Source: Escherichia coli (GTDB lineage: Bacteria > Pseudomonadota > Gammaproteobacteria > Enterobacterales > Enterobacteriaceae). Taken from it: a stretch of 64,000 nucleotides of DNA. A program made the position numbers and the translations under genes. The notes under the pieces were generated by a model, which was not told the DNA's origin, ran no database searches, and was given only the letters and a program-made list of their open reading frames with translations. Where the stretch lies: assembly GCF_050920415.1 (NCBI RefSeq), contig NZ_CP169309.1. One strand, 5' to 3'. Shown here piece by piece: positions 1-11,074 of the stretch. How positions within the stretch are numbered: position 1 is the first letter of the stretch; the number at the start of each line of letters is the position of its first letter.

Positions 1-552
1 TTTTATACCTCCGCGATGGCGACCGCCGATTTCCTGCGTCGCCAGGAAGGCAAGAAAGCGTATGTGGTGGGCGAAGGCGCACTGATTCATGAACTGTACA
101 AAGCCGGTTTCACTATTACCGATGTGAACCCTGATTTTGTGATTGTTGGCGAAACGCGTTCCTACAACTGGGACATGATGCATAAAGCAGCCTATTTCGT
201 CGCTAACGGTGCACGCTTTATCGCCACCAATCCGGATACTCACGGACGCGGTTTTTATCCAGCCTGCGGCGCGTTGTGCGCGGGGATCGAGAAAATCTCC
301 GGACGTAAACCGTTCTATGTCGGTAAGCCCAGCCCATGGATCATCCGCGCGGCATTAAACAAAATGCAGGCGCATTCGGAAGAAACGGTGATTGTCGGTG
401 ATAATCTGCGTACCGACATTCTGGCGGGCTTCCAGGCCGGTCTGGAGACGATTCTTGTACTGTCCGGTGTTTCGTCGCTCGACGATATCGACAGTATGCC
501 GTTCCGCCCGAGCTGGATTTACCCATCGGTCGCTGAAATCGACGTTATCTGA
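1..552 (+). CDS. nagD: UMP phosphatase NagD/UmpH, C-terminal part (5' end lies outside the window)
   Basis: Frame open from base 1; C-terminal sequence recognised as HAD-family NagD; sits directly upstream of asnB as in E. coli. Confidence 0.85.
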   Translation, partial: FYTSAMATADFLRRQEGKKAYVVGEGALIHELYKAGFTITDVNPDFVIVGETRSYNWDMMHKAAYFVANGARFIATNPDTHGRGFYPACGALCAGIEKISGRKPFYVGKPSPWIIRAALNKMQAHSEETVIVGDNLRTDILAGFQAGLETILVLSGVSSLDDIDSMPFRPSWIYPSVAEIDVI

Positions 553-808
553 ATAGCAACCACGCCTCAGGGCGTGGTTTCTTATTTTTACCCATCATTA
601 AAATTCGCCCATTCAATAAAACCCGCCAAAAAATATCGATTCATCAATAAATACACCTCCAAACCCTCCTCTTTTTCATCAATCAGCAATCACCATTACG
701 TTTTTTATTTTCCCCCTGCCAAATCGCTTGCGCATAGTGCTGCTTTGCGGCATTTTTTTAAACAAGCAAACACAATAAGCAACAAACACCAGGTTAACGG
801 AGAAGGTT

Positions 809-2473
809 ATGTGTTCAATTTTTGGCGTATTCGATATCAAAACAGACGCAGTTGAGCTGCGTAAGAAAGCACTCGAGCTGTCACGCCTGATGCGTCATCG
901 TGGCCCGGACTGGTCCGGTATTTATGCCAGCGATAACGCCATTCTCACCCACGAACGTCTGTCCATTGTTGACGTTAACGCGGGGGCGCAACCTCTCTAC
1001 AACCAACAAAAAACTCATGTGCTGGCAGTAAACGGTGAAATCTACAACCACCAGGCATTGCGCGCTGAATATGGCGATCGTTACCAGTTCCAGACCGGGT
1101 CTGACTGTGAAGTGATCCTCGCGCTGTATCAGGAAAAAGGGCCGGAATTTCTCGACGATTTGCAGGGCATGTTCGCTTTTGCCCTGTACGACAGCGAAAA
1201 AGATGCGTATCTGATTGGTCGCGACCATCTGGGGATCATCCCACTGTATATGGGCTATGACGAACATGGTCAGCTGTATGTGGCCTCAGAAATGAAAGCC
1301 CTGGTGCCGGTATGCCGCACGATTAAAGAGTTCCCGGCGGGGAGCTATTTGTGGAGTCAGGACGGCGAAATCCGTTCTTATTATCACCGCGACTGGTTCG
1401 ACTACGATGCGGTGAAAGATAACGTGACCGACAAAAACGAGCTGCGTCAGGCACTGGAAGATTCCGTTAAAAGCCATCTGATGTCTGATGTGCCTTACGG
1501 TGTGCTGCTTTCTGGTGGTCTGGATTCCTCAATTATTTCCGCGATCACCAAGAAATACGCCGCCCGTCGCGTGGAAGATCAGGAACGCTCTGAAGCCTGG
1601 TGGCCGCAGCTGCACTCCTTTGCTGTAGGTCTGCCGGGTTCACCGGATCTGAAGGCAGCCCAGGAAGTGGCAAACCATCTGGGCACTGTGCATCATGAAA
1701 TTCACTTCACTGTACAGGAAGGTCTGGACGCCATCCGCGACGTGATTTACCACATTGAAACCTATGATGTGACCACTATTCGCGCTTCAACACCGATGTA
1801 TTTAATGTCGCGTAAGATCAAGGCGATGGGCATTAAAATGGTGCTGTCCGGTGAAGGTTCTGATGAAGTGTTCGGCGGTTATCTTTACTTCCACAAAGCA
1901 CCGAATGCCAAAGAACTGCATGAAGAGACGGTGCGTAAACTGCTGGCCCTGCATATGTATGACTGCGCGCGTGCCAACAAAGCGATGTCAGCCTGGGGCG
2001 TGGAAGCACGCGTTCCGTTCCTCGACAAAAAATTCCTTGATGTGGCGATGCGCATTAACCCACAGGATAAAATGTGCGGTAACGGCAAAATGGAAAAACA
2101 CATCCTGCGTGAATGTTTTGAAGCGTATCTGCCTGCAAGCGTGGCCTGGCGGCAGAAAGAGCAGTTCTCCGATGGCGTCGGTTACAGTTGGATCGATACC
2201 CTGAAAGAAGTGGCGGCGCAGCAGGTTTCTGATCAACAGCTGGAAACTGCCCGCTTCCGCTTCCCGTACAACACGCCGACGTCCAAAGAAGCGTATCTGT
2301 ACCGGGAGATCTTTGAAGAACTGTTCCCGCTTTCGAGCGCCGCAGAGTGCGTACCGGGCGGTCCTTCCGTCGCGTGTTCTTCCGCTAAAGCGATTGAGTG
2401 GGATGAGGCGTTCAAGAAAATGGACGATCCGTCTGGTCGTGCGGTTGGTGTTCACCAGTCGGCGTATAAGTAA
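809..2473 (+). CDS. asnB: Asparagine synthetase B (glutamine-hydrolysing)
   Basis: 554-aa ORF starting MCSIFGV (N-terminal Cys nucleophile), SGGLDSS PP-loop motif. Confidence 0.95.
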   Translation: MCSIFGVFDIKTDAVELRKKALELSRLMRHRGPDWSGIYASDNAILTHERLSIVDVNAGAQPLYNQQKTHVLAVNGEIYNHQALRAEYGDRYQFQTGSDCEVILALYQEKGPEFLDDLQGMFAFALYDSEKDAYLIGRDHLGIIPLYMGYDEHGQLYVASEMKALVPVCRTIKEFPAGSYLWSQDGEIRSYYHRDWFDYDAVKDNVTDKNELRQALEDSVKSHLMSDVPYGVLLSGGLDSSIISAITKKYAARRVEDQERSEAWWPQLHSFAVGLPGSPDLKAAQEVANHLGTVHHEIHFTVQEGLDAIRDVIYHIETYDVTTIRASTPMYLMSRKIKAMGIKMVLSGEGSDEVFGGYLYFHKAPNAKELHEETVRKLLALHMYDCARANKAMSAWGVEARVPFLDKKFLDVAMRINPQDKMCGNGKMEKHILRECFEAYLPASVAWRQKEQFSDGVGYSWIDTLKEVAAQQVSDQQLETARFRFPYNTPTSKEAYLYREIFEELFPLSSAAECVPGGPSVACSSAKAIEWDEAFKKMDDPSGRAVGVHQSAYK

Positions 2474-2486
2474 GAAATGCGGTACT

Positions 2487-2514
2487 GCCCCGGAGAAATC
2501 CGGGGCTGTTTCAG
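2487..2514. terminator. Putative bidirectional intrinsic terminator between convergent asnB and the 145-aa ORF
   Basis: GC hairpin gccccggagaaatccggggc 14 bp after the asnB stop, immediately before the minus-strand ORF stop. Confidence 0.5.
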
Positions 2515-2952
2515 TTATTGAGCTGCTTGTTGATTCTGATATGCAGTAAGGAAATGTTCCGGGTTTGCCACATCACTGTTTGACAACTCATCACTGTAGG
2601 CCACCGACCAGGTCGCCTGCTCATCCGGAATATGCAGGCTGCCATTCCCCTCTTTCAGGCGTAATAACTCAAAAGATTTGCCCTTAATTACGGCGGTATA
2701 GGATTTTTCACCTTCCTGTAATGCTTTCACTTTACAGCGAAAAATCTGGCCATCGATGTCATTATCAACATGCGATACCTGAATGAGGGCTTCATTAGAG
2801 GCTTTCGGCCCTATCCGCATCATCCACACCACAGCGCCTTCCTGCCCACGATAGCCAAAAACATATTTACCGATTTCCGGTTTGACCGTATCGGCAAACG
2901 CAGATTGCATAAGTAATAACGCACCCATCAGCGCCGTCATAAAACGCAGCAT
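2515..2952 (-). CDS. Hypothetical secreted protein, 145 aa, with N-terminal Sec signal peptide
   Basis: ORF with GAGGGA Shine-Dalgarno about 5 nt upstream of the ATG; N-terminus MLRFMTALMGALLLMQSAFA then DT (AXA cleavage motif); no family recognised. Confidence 0.6.
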   Translation of the reverse strand: MLRFMTALMGALLLMQSAFADTVKPEIGKYVFGYRGQEGAVVWMMRIGPKASNEALIQVSHVDNDIDGQIFRCKVKALQEGEKSYTAVIKGKSFELLRLKEGNGSLHIPDEQATWSVAYSDELSNSDVANPEHFLTAYQNQQAAQ

Positions 2953-3215
2953 AGTATTCCCTCAATAAATCGCCTGAAGTGGTAGCAGAGATGCAGGCGT
3001 AGCGATCCCTGCCCTGTCCTGTTGCAACGGGCCAGTATTTCATAGATTAATTTCCTACCACTATTGTTGAATTCCGAATTTCATCCTGTATGACAAAAGA
3101 ATGGCTGTAGGGTGGGAAAAAAACACAAAGTAAACAATAATTGACGAATATAGCGCCACGCTGTTCGCAACCTAACCAAACAGTCACTTTCGAGCAATTT
3201 TCCTTGAAAAAGAGG

Positions 3216-3244
3216 TTGACGCTGCAAGGCTCTATACGCATAAT
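3216..3244 (+). promoter_or_regulatory. Sigma70 stable-RNA promoter of the tRNA operon
   Basis: ttgacg, 17-bp spacer, cataat, then GC-rich discriminator gcgcccc, about 40 bp upstream of the first tRNA. Confidence 0.55.
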
Positions 3245-3283
3245 GCGCCCCGCAACGCCGATAAGGTATCGCGAAAAAAAGAT

Positions 3284-3360
3284 GGCTACGTAGCTCAGTT
3301 GGTTAGAGCACATCACTCATAATGATGGGGTCACAGGTTCGAATCCCGTCGTAGCCACCA
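3284..3360 (+). tRNA. metT: tRNA-Met (elongator, CAU)
   Basis: 77-nt sequence ggctacgtagctcag...tcgtagccacca with encoded CCA; anticodon loop ctCATaa. Confidence 0.93.
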
Positions 3361-3368
3361 TCTTTTTT

Positions 3369-3453
3369 GCGGGAGTGGCGAAATTGGTAGACGCACCAGA
3401 TTTAGGTTCTGGCGCCGCAAGGTGTGCGAGTTCAAGTCTCGCCTCCCGCACCA
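3369..3453 (+). tRNA. leuW: tRNA-Leu (long variable arm)
   Basis: 85-nt sequence gcgggagtggcgaaattggtaga...gcctcccgcacca. Confidence 0.9.
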
Positions 3454-3476
3454 TTCACCAGAAAGCGTTGTACGGA

Positions 3477-3551
3477 TGGGGTATCGCCAAGCGGTAAGGC
3501 ACCGGTTTTTGATACCGGCATTCCCTGGTTCGAATCCAGGTACCCCAGCCA
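3477..3551 (+). tRNA. glnU: tRNA-Gln (UUG)
   Basis: 75-nt tggggtatcgccaagcggtaaggcaccggtttTTGataccgg...ccagcca. Confidence 0.9.
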
Positions 3552-3585
3552 TCTTCTTCGAGTAAGCGGTTCACCGCCCGGTTAT

Positions 3586-3660
3586 TGGGGTATCGCCAAG
3601 CGGTAAGGCACCGGTTTTTGATACCGGCATTCCCTGGTTCGAATCCAGGTACCCCAGCCA
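3586..3660 (+). tRNA. glnW: tRNA-Gln (UUG)
   Basis: Identical 75-nt copy of the preceding tRNA-Gln(UUG). Confidence 0.9.
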
Positions 3661-3675
3661 TCGAAGAAACAATCT

Positions 3676-3752
3676 GGCTACGTAGCTCAGTTGGTTAGAG
3701 CACATCACTCATAATGATGGGGTCACAGGTTCGAATCCCGTCGTAGCCACCA
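3676..3752 (+). tRNA. metU: tRNA-Met (elongator, CAU)
   Basis: Identical 77-nt copy of the first tRNA-Met. Confidence 0.93.
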
Positions 3753-3800
3753 AATTCTGAATGTGTCGAATGCGTTCGGCAAATTCACAAACCAATTTGT

Positions 3801-3875
3801 TGGGGTATCGCCAAGCGGTAAGGCACCGGATTCTGATTCCGGCATTCCGAGGTTCGAATCCTCGTACCCCAGCCA
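3801..3875 (+). tRNA. glnV: tRNA-Gln (CUG)
   Basis: 75-nt tggggtatcgccaagcggtaaggcaccggattCTGattccgg...ccagcca. Confidence 0.9.
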
Positions 3876-3912
3876 ATTTATTCAAGACGCTTACCTTGTA
3901 AGTGCACCCAGT

Positions 3913-3987
3913 TGGGGTATCGCCAAGCGGTAAGGCACCGGATTCTGATTCCGGCATTCCGAGGTTCGAATCCTCGTACCCCAGCCA
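3913..3987 (+). tRNA. glnX: tRNA-Gln (CUG)
   Basis: Identical copy of the preceding tRNA-Gln(CUG). Confidence 0.9.
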
Positions 3988-3995
3988 CATTAAAA

Positions 3996-4019
3996 AAGCT
4001 CGCTTCGGCGAGCTTTTTG
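3996..4019 (+). terminator. Intrinsic terminator of the tRNA operon
   Basis: aaaaaagctcgcttcggcgagcttttt hairpin with flanking A and T runs. Confidence 0.75.
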
Positions 4020-4035
4020 CTTTTCTGCGTATATT

Positions 4036-4130
4036 CAATGTCGAATGCGATGTTGACACGTCTTATTCTTCAAAGTCGGATGCGACGCTGACGCGTCTTA
4101 TCCGACCTACGGTTGGCATGCATTCGGCAA
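4036..4130. repeat. REP/BIME-like palindromic element
   Basis: ggatgcgacgctgacgcgtcttatccgacctac resembles the E. coli REP consensus; flanked by the inverted pair tcgaatgcg / gcattcggcaa. Confidence 0.55.
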
Positions 4131-4140
4131 TGTTGTAAGG

Positions 4141-5316
4141 CTACAACCCTAACGCATATTTCAGCGCCTGCCGTTTCAATACGCCAGCACGCTCCGCCGC
4201 CATTAACCCGAGATTACGCATAAAACGCAGTGGCGGCAGATTATTGCTGAATCCGGCATAAAACAGATCCATACCGCTTTGCATAATGAAGTTATCCGCC
4301 ATACGCCGCATCTGGTAACGCTTGAGGACAGGATAACTGGCCCACGCTTCACCGTAGCTGCGGGCATTCACCAGAACGTCAATCAGCGCATCAACATCGC
4401 GATAACCAAGATTCACCCCCTGCCCCGCCAGCGGATGAATGGTGTGCGCCGCATCGCCCACCAGCGCCAGCCCTGGTTGCACATACTGCAACGCATGGCG
4501 GCGCGTCAGCGGAAACGCACCAGCGGCGAGTGGCATCACGTACCCAAGACGCGACGGGAAATGCTTCGCGATTTCCGCCTGTAGCTGCGCCATATTCATA
4601 TTCTGCAACTGGCGAATGCGTGCCGGAGAGTCATACCACACCAGCGATGCCCAGTTATCAAACAACGGCAGAAACGCACGAGGTCCATCCGGGGTAAATT
4701 GCTGCCAGGTGCTGTCGCCGGGATCGTTCTCACACTGTACGCTAATCAACATACACGACTGTGCATACTGCCAGGCATGAACGCCAATTCCCGCCATTTG
4801 CCGCACCTGCGAATTTGCACCGTCAGCGCCAATCACCAGCTTCGCCTGGATCACTTCGCCCCCCTTCAGTTCCAGTTCCTGAAGATCATTATGGCGATGC
4901 AGAGCAATCAGTGAGCCTGGCACACGTAACGTTACTTTCGGATGCGCCTCCAGCGCCTGCCACAGCGCCTGTTGCAGGACAGTGTTTTCCACCATATAGC
5001 CAAGCAACGGCAGCTTCAATTCGGCTGCATCAAACACCACATGCGCCGTTTCCCACTCCCACGTTTCCAGTCTGCGATAAGGATGGCAACGCATGGCCTG
5101 TACCGCGTCCCAGACGCCTAAACCTTTAAGCAATGATACCGAAGCCGCACTAATCGCCGAGATCCGCACATCCGGCTGGCTGTCAGCGACAAACGGCGCA
5201 GGTTCTGCGTGCTCGATTACCGTTACCGAAAATCCGTGCTGTGCCAGTCCCAGCGCCAGTGCGCCGCCGACCATTCCTCCGCCGACAATGGCAATTTCCG
5301 TTGGTTGATTTGTCAT
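4141..5316 (-). CDS. ubiF: 2-octaprenyl-3-methyl-6-methoxy-1,4-benzoquinol hydroxylase (flavin monooxygenase)
   Basis: GGGMVGG FAD-binding motif; 391 aa if started at MTNQPTEIAIVGGG (track ORF is 2 codons longer). Confidence 0.9.
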   Translation of the reverse strand: MTNQPTEIAIVGGGMVGGALALGLAQHGFSVTVIEHAEPAPFVADSQPDVRISAISAASVSLLKGLGVWDAVQAMRCHPYRRLETWEWETAHVVFDAAELKLPLLGYMVENTVLQQALWQALEAHPKVTLRVPGSLIALHRHNDLQELELKGGEVIQAKLVIGADGANSQVRQMAGIGVHAWQYAQSCMLISVQCENDPGDSTWQQFTPDGPRAFLPLFDNWASLVWYDSPARIRQLQNMNMAQLQAEIAKHFPSRLGYVMPLAAGAFPLTRRHALQYVQPGLALVGDAAHTIHPLAGQGVNLGYRDVDALIDVLVNARSYGEAWASYPVLKRYQMRRMADNFIMQSGMDLFYAGFSNNLPPLRFMRNLGLMAAERAGVLKRQALKYALGL

Positions 5317-5461
5317 GGTCAATCATCCTGTTAGCAATATGCTTTAAGTTTACAGGATTTTTACCCCCAAGGGCTGATAACGCTCATACTGGTCACAACG
5401 GCAGCAAAGCATTACACTATGCGCCCTGCATTCCTGGCTACTATTTCGCAAGAGCAAGTCG

Positions 5462-6886
5462 ATGACCAAAAAACTCCATATTAAAACCTGGGGCTGTCAG
5501 ATGAACGAGTACGATTCATCGAAGATGGCCGATCTGCTGGATGCCACCCACGGCTATCAACTGACCGACGTGGCGGAAGAAGCGGATGTGCTGCTGCTGA
5601 ACACCTGCTCAATCCGCGAGAAGGCTCAGGAAAAAGTCTTCCATCAGTTGGGTCGCTGGAAACTGTTAAAAGAGAAGAATCCAGACCTGATTATCGGCGT
5701 CGGCGGCTGCGTGGCATCGCAAGAAGGCGAGCACATTCGCCAGCGCGCCCACTATGTTGATATTATTTTTGGGCCGCAAACACTGCACCGTCTGCCGGAG
5801 ATGATCAACTCCGTACGCGGCGACCGCAGCCCGGTTGTAGATATCAGCTTCCCGGAAATCGAGAAGTTTGACCGTCTGCCGGAACCGCGTGCCGAAGGAC
5901 CAACCGCGTTTGTCTCCATCATGGAAGGCTGCAATAAATATTGCACCTACTGTGTGGTGCCTTACACCCGTGGTGAAGAGGTAAGCCGTCCTTCCGACGA
6001 TATTCTGTTTGAGATTGCCCAGCTTGCGGCTCAGGGCGTGCGTGAAGTCAACCTGCTCGGTCAGAACGTGAACGCCTGGCGTGGTGAGAACTACGACGGC
6101 ACCACCGGATCGTTTGCCGATCTGCTGCGTCTGGTTGCGGCGATCGACGGGATCGATCGTATTCGCTTTACCACCAGCCATCCGATCGAATTCACCGACG
6201 ATATCATCGAAGTGTACCGCGACACGCCGGAGCTGGTGAGCTTCCTGCATCTGCCGGTTCAGAGCGGTTCCGATCGCATTCTAAACCTGATGGGACGTAC
6301 CCACACGGCGCTGGAGTACAAAGCGATCATCCGTAAATTGCGTGCGGCGCGTCCTGATATTCAGATCAGTTCTGACTTCATTGTCGGCTTCCCGGGCGAA
6401 ACCACCGAAGACTTCGAAAAAACGATGAAGCTGATTGCCGACGTCAATTTCGACATGAGCTACAGCTTTATCTTCTCCGCTCGTCCGGGTACACCAGCCG
6501 CCGATATGGTTGATGATGTTCCGGAAGAAGAGAAGAAGCAGCGTCTGTATATTCTGCAAGAGCGCATTAATCAGCAAGCGATGGCATGGAGCCGCCGTAT
6601 GCTCGGCACCACCCAGCGTATTCTGGTAGAAGGTACATCGCGTAAGAGCATCATGGAGCTTTCCGGTCGTACTGAAAATAACCGCGTGGTTAACTTCGAA
6701 GGCACGCCGGATATGATCGGTAAATTCGTCGATGTAGAAATTACCGACGTCTATCCGAACTCTCTGCGCGGTAAAGTGGTGCGAACTGAAGATGAAATGG
6801 GTCTGCGCGTGGCAGAAACACCGGAATCGGTGATTGCCCGTACCCGCAAAGAAAATGACCTGGGCGTGGGTTATTATCAGCCGTAA
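5462..6886 (+). CDS. miaB: tRNA-i6A37 methylthiotransferase (radical SAM)
   Basis: 474 aa; CxxxCxxC radical-SAM cluster (CNKYCTYC) and C-terminal TRAM region. Confidence 0.95.
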
Positions 6887-6892
6887 TTCTCA

Positions 6893-6924
6893 GGCCCGCC
6901 GTTCCGGTGGGCCTTGTTTTTTCT
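6893..6924 (+). terminator. Intrinsic terminator after miaB
   Basis: ggcccgccgttccggtgggcc hairpin followed by ttgttttttct. Confidence 0.6.
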
Positions 6925-7038
6925 CTCTTTATCCCCATCTTTATCGCAATGCTTGCGCCTTTTTCCTGTGGCGTGAATAATTTCCTTATAGGCCGGTGAA
7001 TGTTCAGCTTCCGGCGGCATACAGATAAGAGGAACGGT

Positions 7039-8079
7039 TTGAACATAGACACTCGCGAAATCACTCTGGAGCCAGCAGACAACGCACGTCTGTTGAGCCT
7101 GTGCGGCCCGTTTGATGACAACATCAAACAACTCGAACGCCGTCTCGGCATCGAAATCAATCGCCGCGATAATCATTTTAAACTGACCGGCCGTCCGATT
7201 TGCGTCACCGCTGCGGCAGACATTCTGCGTAGCCTGTATGTCGATACTGCCCCGATGCGCGGTCAGATTCAGGATATCGAGCCGGAACAGATCCACCTTG
7301 CGATTAAAGAAGCGCGCGTGCTGGAACAAAGTGCGGAGAGCGTGCCGGAGTATGGCAAAGCGGTCAATATCAAGACCAAACGCGGTGTAATTAAACCGCG
7401 CACGCCAAACCAGGCGCAGTACATCGCCAATATTCTCGACCATGACATTACCTTCGGCGTTGGCCCGGCGGGTACGGGTAAAACCTACCTGGCAGTGGCT
7501 GCGGCAGTTGATGCCCTGGAGCGTCAGGAAATTCGCCGTATTCTGCTGACTCGTCCGGCGGTAGAAGCCGGTGAGAAACTGGGCTTCCTGCCTGGCGATT
7601 TAAGCCAGAAAGTGGACCCGTATCTGCGCCCGCTGTATGACGCGCTGTTTGAAATGTTGGGCTTTGAGAAAGTCGAGAAGCTGATTGAGCGCAACGTTAT
7701 TGAAGTCGCGCCACTGGCCTATATGCGTGGCCGTACGCTGAACGACGCGTTTATCATTCTTGATGAGAGCCAGAACACCACCATCGAACAGATGAAGATG
7801 TTCCTGACTCGTATCGGTTTTAACTCAAAAGCAGTTATTACCGGCGATGTCACGCAGATCGACTTACCGCGTAATACTAAATCAGGTTTACGTCACGCTA
7901 TCGAGGTGTTAGCCGATGTCGAAGAGATCAGCTTTAACTTCTTCCACAGCGAAGACGTGGTTCGTCACCCGGTGGTAGCGCGTATCGTTAACGCTTATGA
8001 AGCCTGGGAAGAAGCCGAACAAAAACGAAAAGCGGCGCTGGCAGCAGAACGCAAGCGCGAAGAACAGGAACAAAAATGA
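7039..8079 (+). CDS. ybeZ: PhoH-like ATPase
   Basis: Walker A GPAGTGKT; TTG start at 7039 preceded by aagagga gives 346 aa (an upstream in-frame start at 7000 is also possible). Confidence 0.85.
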
Positions 8080-8543
8080 GTCAGGTGATCCTCGATTTAC
8101 AACTGGCATGTGAAGATAATTCCGGGTTACCGGAAGAGAGCCAGTTTCAGACATGGCTGAATGCGGTGATCCCGCAGTTTCAGGAAGAATCGGAAGTGAC
8201 GATTCGCGTGGTCGATACCGCCGAAAGCCACAGTCTCAATCTGACCTATCGCGGTAAGGATAAGCCGACCAACGTGCTCTCCTTCCCGTTTGAAGTACCG
8301 CCTGGCATGGAGATGTCGCTGCTGGGCGATCTGGTTATCTGCCGTCAGGTGGTTGAAAAGGAAGCACAGGAGCAAGGCAAACCACTGGAAGCGCACTGGG
8401 CGCATATGGTGGTGCACGGCAGTCTGCATTTGTTAGGTTACGATCACATCGAAGATGACGAAGCAGAAGAAATGGAAGCCCTCGAAACAGAGATTATGCT
8501 TGCTCTGGGCTATGAGGATCCGTACATTGCCGAGAAAGAATAA
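8076..8543 (+). CDS. ybeY: Endoribonuclease YbeY (16S rRNA 3' end maturation)
   Basis: 155 aa; metal-binding HGxLHLxGYDH motif; 4-bp overlap with ybeZ. Confidence 0.95.
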
Positions 8544-8632
8544 TTTGCCAGGCATTTGACTGGCAGACGTCCCCGCCGTTGGTGATTAACGACGGCGTTT
8601 TGATTAACTAACATGAGAACCCATACGACGCC

Positions 8633-9511
8633 ATGAGCGACGACAATTCACACAGTAGTGACACGATAAGCAACAAGAAGGGATTTTTCTCCCTGTTACT
8701 CAGCCAACTTTTCCACGGTGAACCGAAAAACCGTGACGAACTGCTGGCGCTGATCCGTGATTCCGGGCAGAACGACCTTATCGACGAAGATACGCGCGAT
8801 ATGCTCGAAGGGGTGATGGACATCGCAGACCAACGCGTTCGCGACATCATGATCCCCCGCTCCCAGATGATTACCCTGAAACGCAACCAGACGCTGGACG
8901 AATGCCTTGATGTCATCATCGAGTCCGCCCACTCACGTTTCCCGGTGATTAGCGAAGACAAAGATCACATTGAAGGGATTCTGATGGCGAAAGACTTGCT
9001 GCCGTTTATGCGCAGCGATGCTGAAGCCTTCAGCATGGACAAAGTGTTACGTCAGGCGGTTGTCGTTCCTGAAAGTAAGCGCGTAGACCGGATGCTGAAA
9101 GAGTTTCGCTCTCAGCGTTACCACATGGCGATCGTCATTGACGAATTCGGTGGGGTTTCCGGTCTGGTGACCATTGAAGATATCCTGGAACTGATTGTTG
9201 GTGAGATTGAAGACGAGTATGACGAAGAAGATGATATCGACTTCCGTCAGCTGAGTCGTCATACCTGGACCGTGCGCGCACTGGCTTCCATCGAAGATTT
9301 CAACGAAGCCTTCGGCACCCACTTTAGCGATGAAGAAGTCGACACCATCGGAGGTCTGGTGATGCAGGCATTTGGGCATCTCCCGGCGCGTGGCGAAACC
9401 ATCGACATCGACGGTTACCAGTTCAAAGTGGCGATGGCCGACAGTCGGCGTATTATTCAGGTTCATGTCAAAATCCCGGATGACTCACCCCAGCCAAAGC
9501 TGGATGAATAA
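8633..9511 (+). CDS. corC: CBS-domain Mg/Co efflux-associated protein
   Basis: 292 aa recognised as CorC/YbeX; gene order ybeZ-ybeY-corC-lnt. Confidence 0.9.
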   Translation: MSDDNSHSSDTISNKKGFFSLLLSQLFHGEPKNRDELLALIRDSGQNDLIDEDTRDMLEGVMDIADQRVRDIMIPRSQMITLKRNQTLDECLDVIIESAHSRFPVISEDKDHIEGILMAKDLLPFMRSDAEAFSMDKVLRQAVVVPESKRVDRMLKEFRSQRYHMAIVIDEFGGVSGLVTIEDILELIVGEIEDEYDEEDDIDFRQLSRHTWTVRALASIEDFNEAFGTHFSDEEVDTIGGLVMQAFGHLPARGETIDIDGYQFKVAMADSRRIIQVHVKIPDDSPQPKLDE

Positions 9512-9535
9512 AACCGAAACTGGATAGATAACTAC

Positions 9536-11074
9536 ATGGCTTTTGCCTCATTAATTGAACGCCAGCGCATTCGCCTGCTGCTGGCGTTATTATTCGGTGC
9601 CTGCGGAACGCTGGCCTTCTCTCCTTACGATGTCTGGCCTGCGGCGATTATTTCGCTGATGGGGCTTCAGGCGCTGACCTTTAACCGCCGTCCACTCCAG
9701 TCTGCCACTATTGGCTTTTGCTGGGGATTTGGCCTGTTTGGCAGCGGTATTAACTGGGTCTATGTCAGCATCGCGACCTTTGGCGGAATGCCTGGCCCGG
9801 TTAACATCTTCTTGGTGGTGCTGCTGGCGGCGTATTTGTCGCTGTATACCGGACTGTTTGCTGGCGTACTGTCGCGTCTGTGGCCGAAAACCACCTGGCT
9901 GCGCGTGGCGATTGCCGCCCCTGCTCTCTGGCAAGTGACCGAGTTTCTGCGCGGTTGGGTGCTGACTGGCTTCCCGTGGTTGCAGTTCGGCTATAGCCAG
10001 ATTGACGGTCCGTTAAAAGGACTGGCACCGATAATGGGCGTGGAAGCCATTAACTTCCTGCTGATGATGGTAAGCGGCCTGCTGGCACTGGCGTTGGTCA
10101 AACGCAACTGGCGTCCGCTGGTGGTGGCCGTCGTGCTGTTCGCCCTTCCCTTCCCGCTGCGTTACATCCAGTGGTTCACCCCGCAACCGGAGAAAACCAT
10201 TCAGGTTTCGATGGTTCAGGGCGACATTCCGCAATCGCTGAAGTGGGATGAAGGCCAGCTTCTCAATACGCTGAAGATTTACTACAACGCAACGGCACCG
10301 CTGATGGGCAAATCATCGCTGATTATCTGGCCGGAGTCGGCGATAACCGACCTGGAAATTAATCAGCAGCCGTTCCTCAAAGCACTGGACGGTGAGTTGC
10401 GTGATAAAGGTAGCTCGCTGGTCACCGGGATTGTCGACGCGCGTCTCAATAAGCAGAATCGCTACGATACCTACAACACCATCATCACGCTGGGTAAAGG
10501 TGCACCGTATAGCTACGAATCAGCCGATCGCTATAACAAAAACCATCTGGTACCGTTTGGCGAGTTTGTCCCGCTGGAGTCGATTCTGCGTCCGTTAGCA
10601 CCGTTCTTTGATCTGCCGATGTCGTCATTCAGCCGTGGACCATATATCCAACCACCGCTGTCGGTAAATGGTATTGAGCTTACTGCGGCTATTTGCTACG
10701 AGATCATTCTCGGCGAGCAAGTGCGCGATAACTTCCGCCCGGATACCGACTATCTGCTGACTATCTCCAACGATGCGTGGTTTGGTAAGTCTATTGGCCC
10801 ATGGCAGCACTTTCAGATGGCGCGAATGCGTGCGCTGGAGCTGGCGCGCCCGCTGCTGCGTAGCACCAACAACGGCATTACGGCGGTGATTGGCCCGCAG
10901 GGTGAGATTCAGGCGATGATCCCGCAATTCACCCGCGAAGTGTTAACCACTAATGTGACGCCGACCACCGGACTCACACCGTACGCACGTACCGGCAACT
11001 GGCCGCTGTGGGTGCTGACGGCACTGTTTGGTTTTGCCGCTGTGTTGATGAGTCTGCGTCAACGACGTAAATAA
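9536..11074 (+). CDS. lnt: Apolipoprotein N-acyltransferase
   Basis: 512 aa; N-terminal multi-TM region plus C-N hydrolase domain. Confidence 0.95.
   Translation: MAFASLIERQRIRLLLALLFGACGTLAFSPYDVWPAAIISLMGLQALTFNRRPLQSATIGFCWGFGLFGSGINWVYVSIATFGGMPGPVNIFLVVLLAAYLSLYTGLFAGVLSRLWPKTTWLRVAIAAPALWQVTEFLRGWVLTGFPWLQFGYSQIDGPLKGLAPIMGVEAINFLLMMVSGLLALALVKRNWRPLVVAVVLFALPFPLRYIQWFTPQPEKTIQVSMVQGDIPQSLKWDEGQLLNTLKIYYNATAPLMGKSSLIIWPESAITDLEINQQPFLKALDGELRDKGSSLVTGIVDARLNKQNRYDTYNTIITLGKGAPYSYESADRYNKNHLVPFGEFVPLESILRPLAPFFDLPMSSFSRGPYIQPPLSVNGIELTAAICYEIILGEQVRDNFRPDTDYLLTISNDAWFGKSIGPWQHFQMARMRALELARPLLRSTNNGITAVIGPQGEIQAMIPQFTREVLTTNVTPTTGLTPYARTGNWPLWVLTALFGFAAVLMSLRQRRK

Noticed and set aside
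574-855. 93-aa plus-strand ORF in the nagD-asnB spacer
   Set aside because: Low-complexity translation, runs into the asnB start and covers its promoter and ribosome-binding site; more likely non-coding regulatory DNA
3047-3316. 89-aa minus-strand ORF
   Set aside because: Overlaps the tRNA operon promoter and the first tRNA-Met gene; not plausible as a protein gene
3284-3987. tRNA cluster as an integration hotspot or genomic island boundary
   Set aside because: No integrase, direct-repeat duplication of a tRNA 3' end, or phage-like genes nearby; the operon is followed directly by its terminator and ubiF
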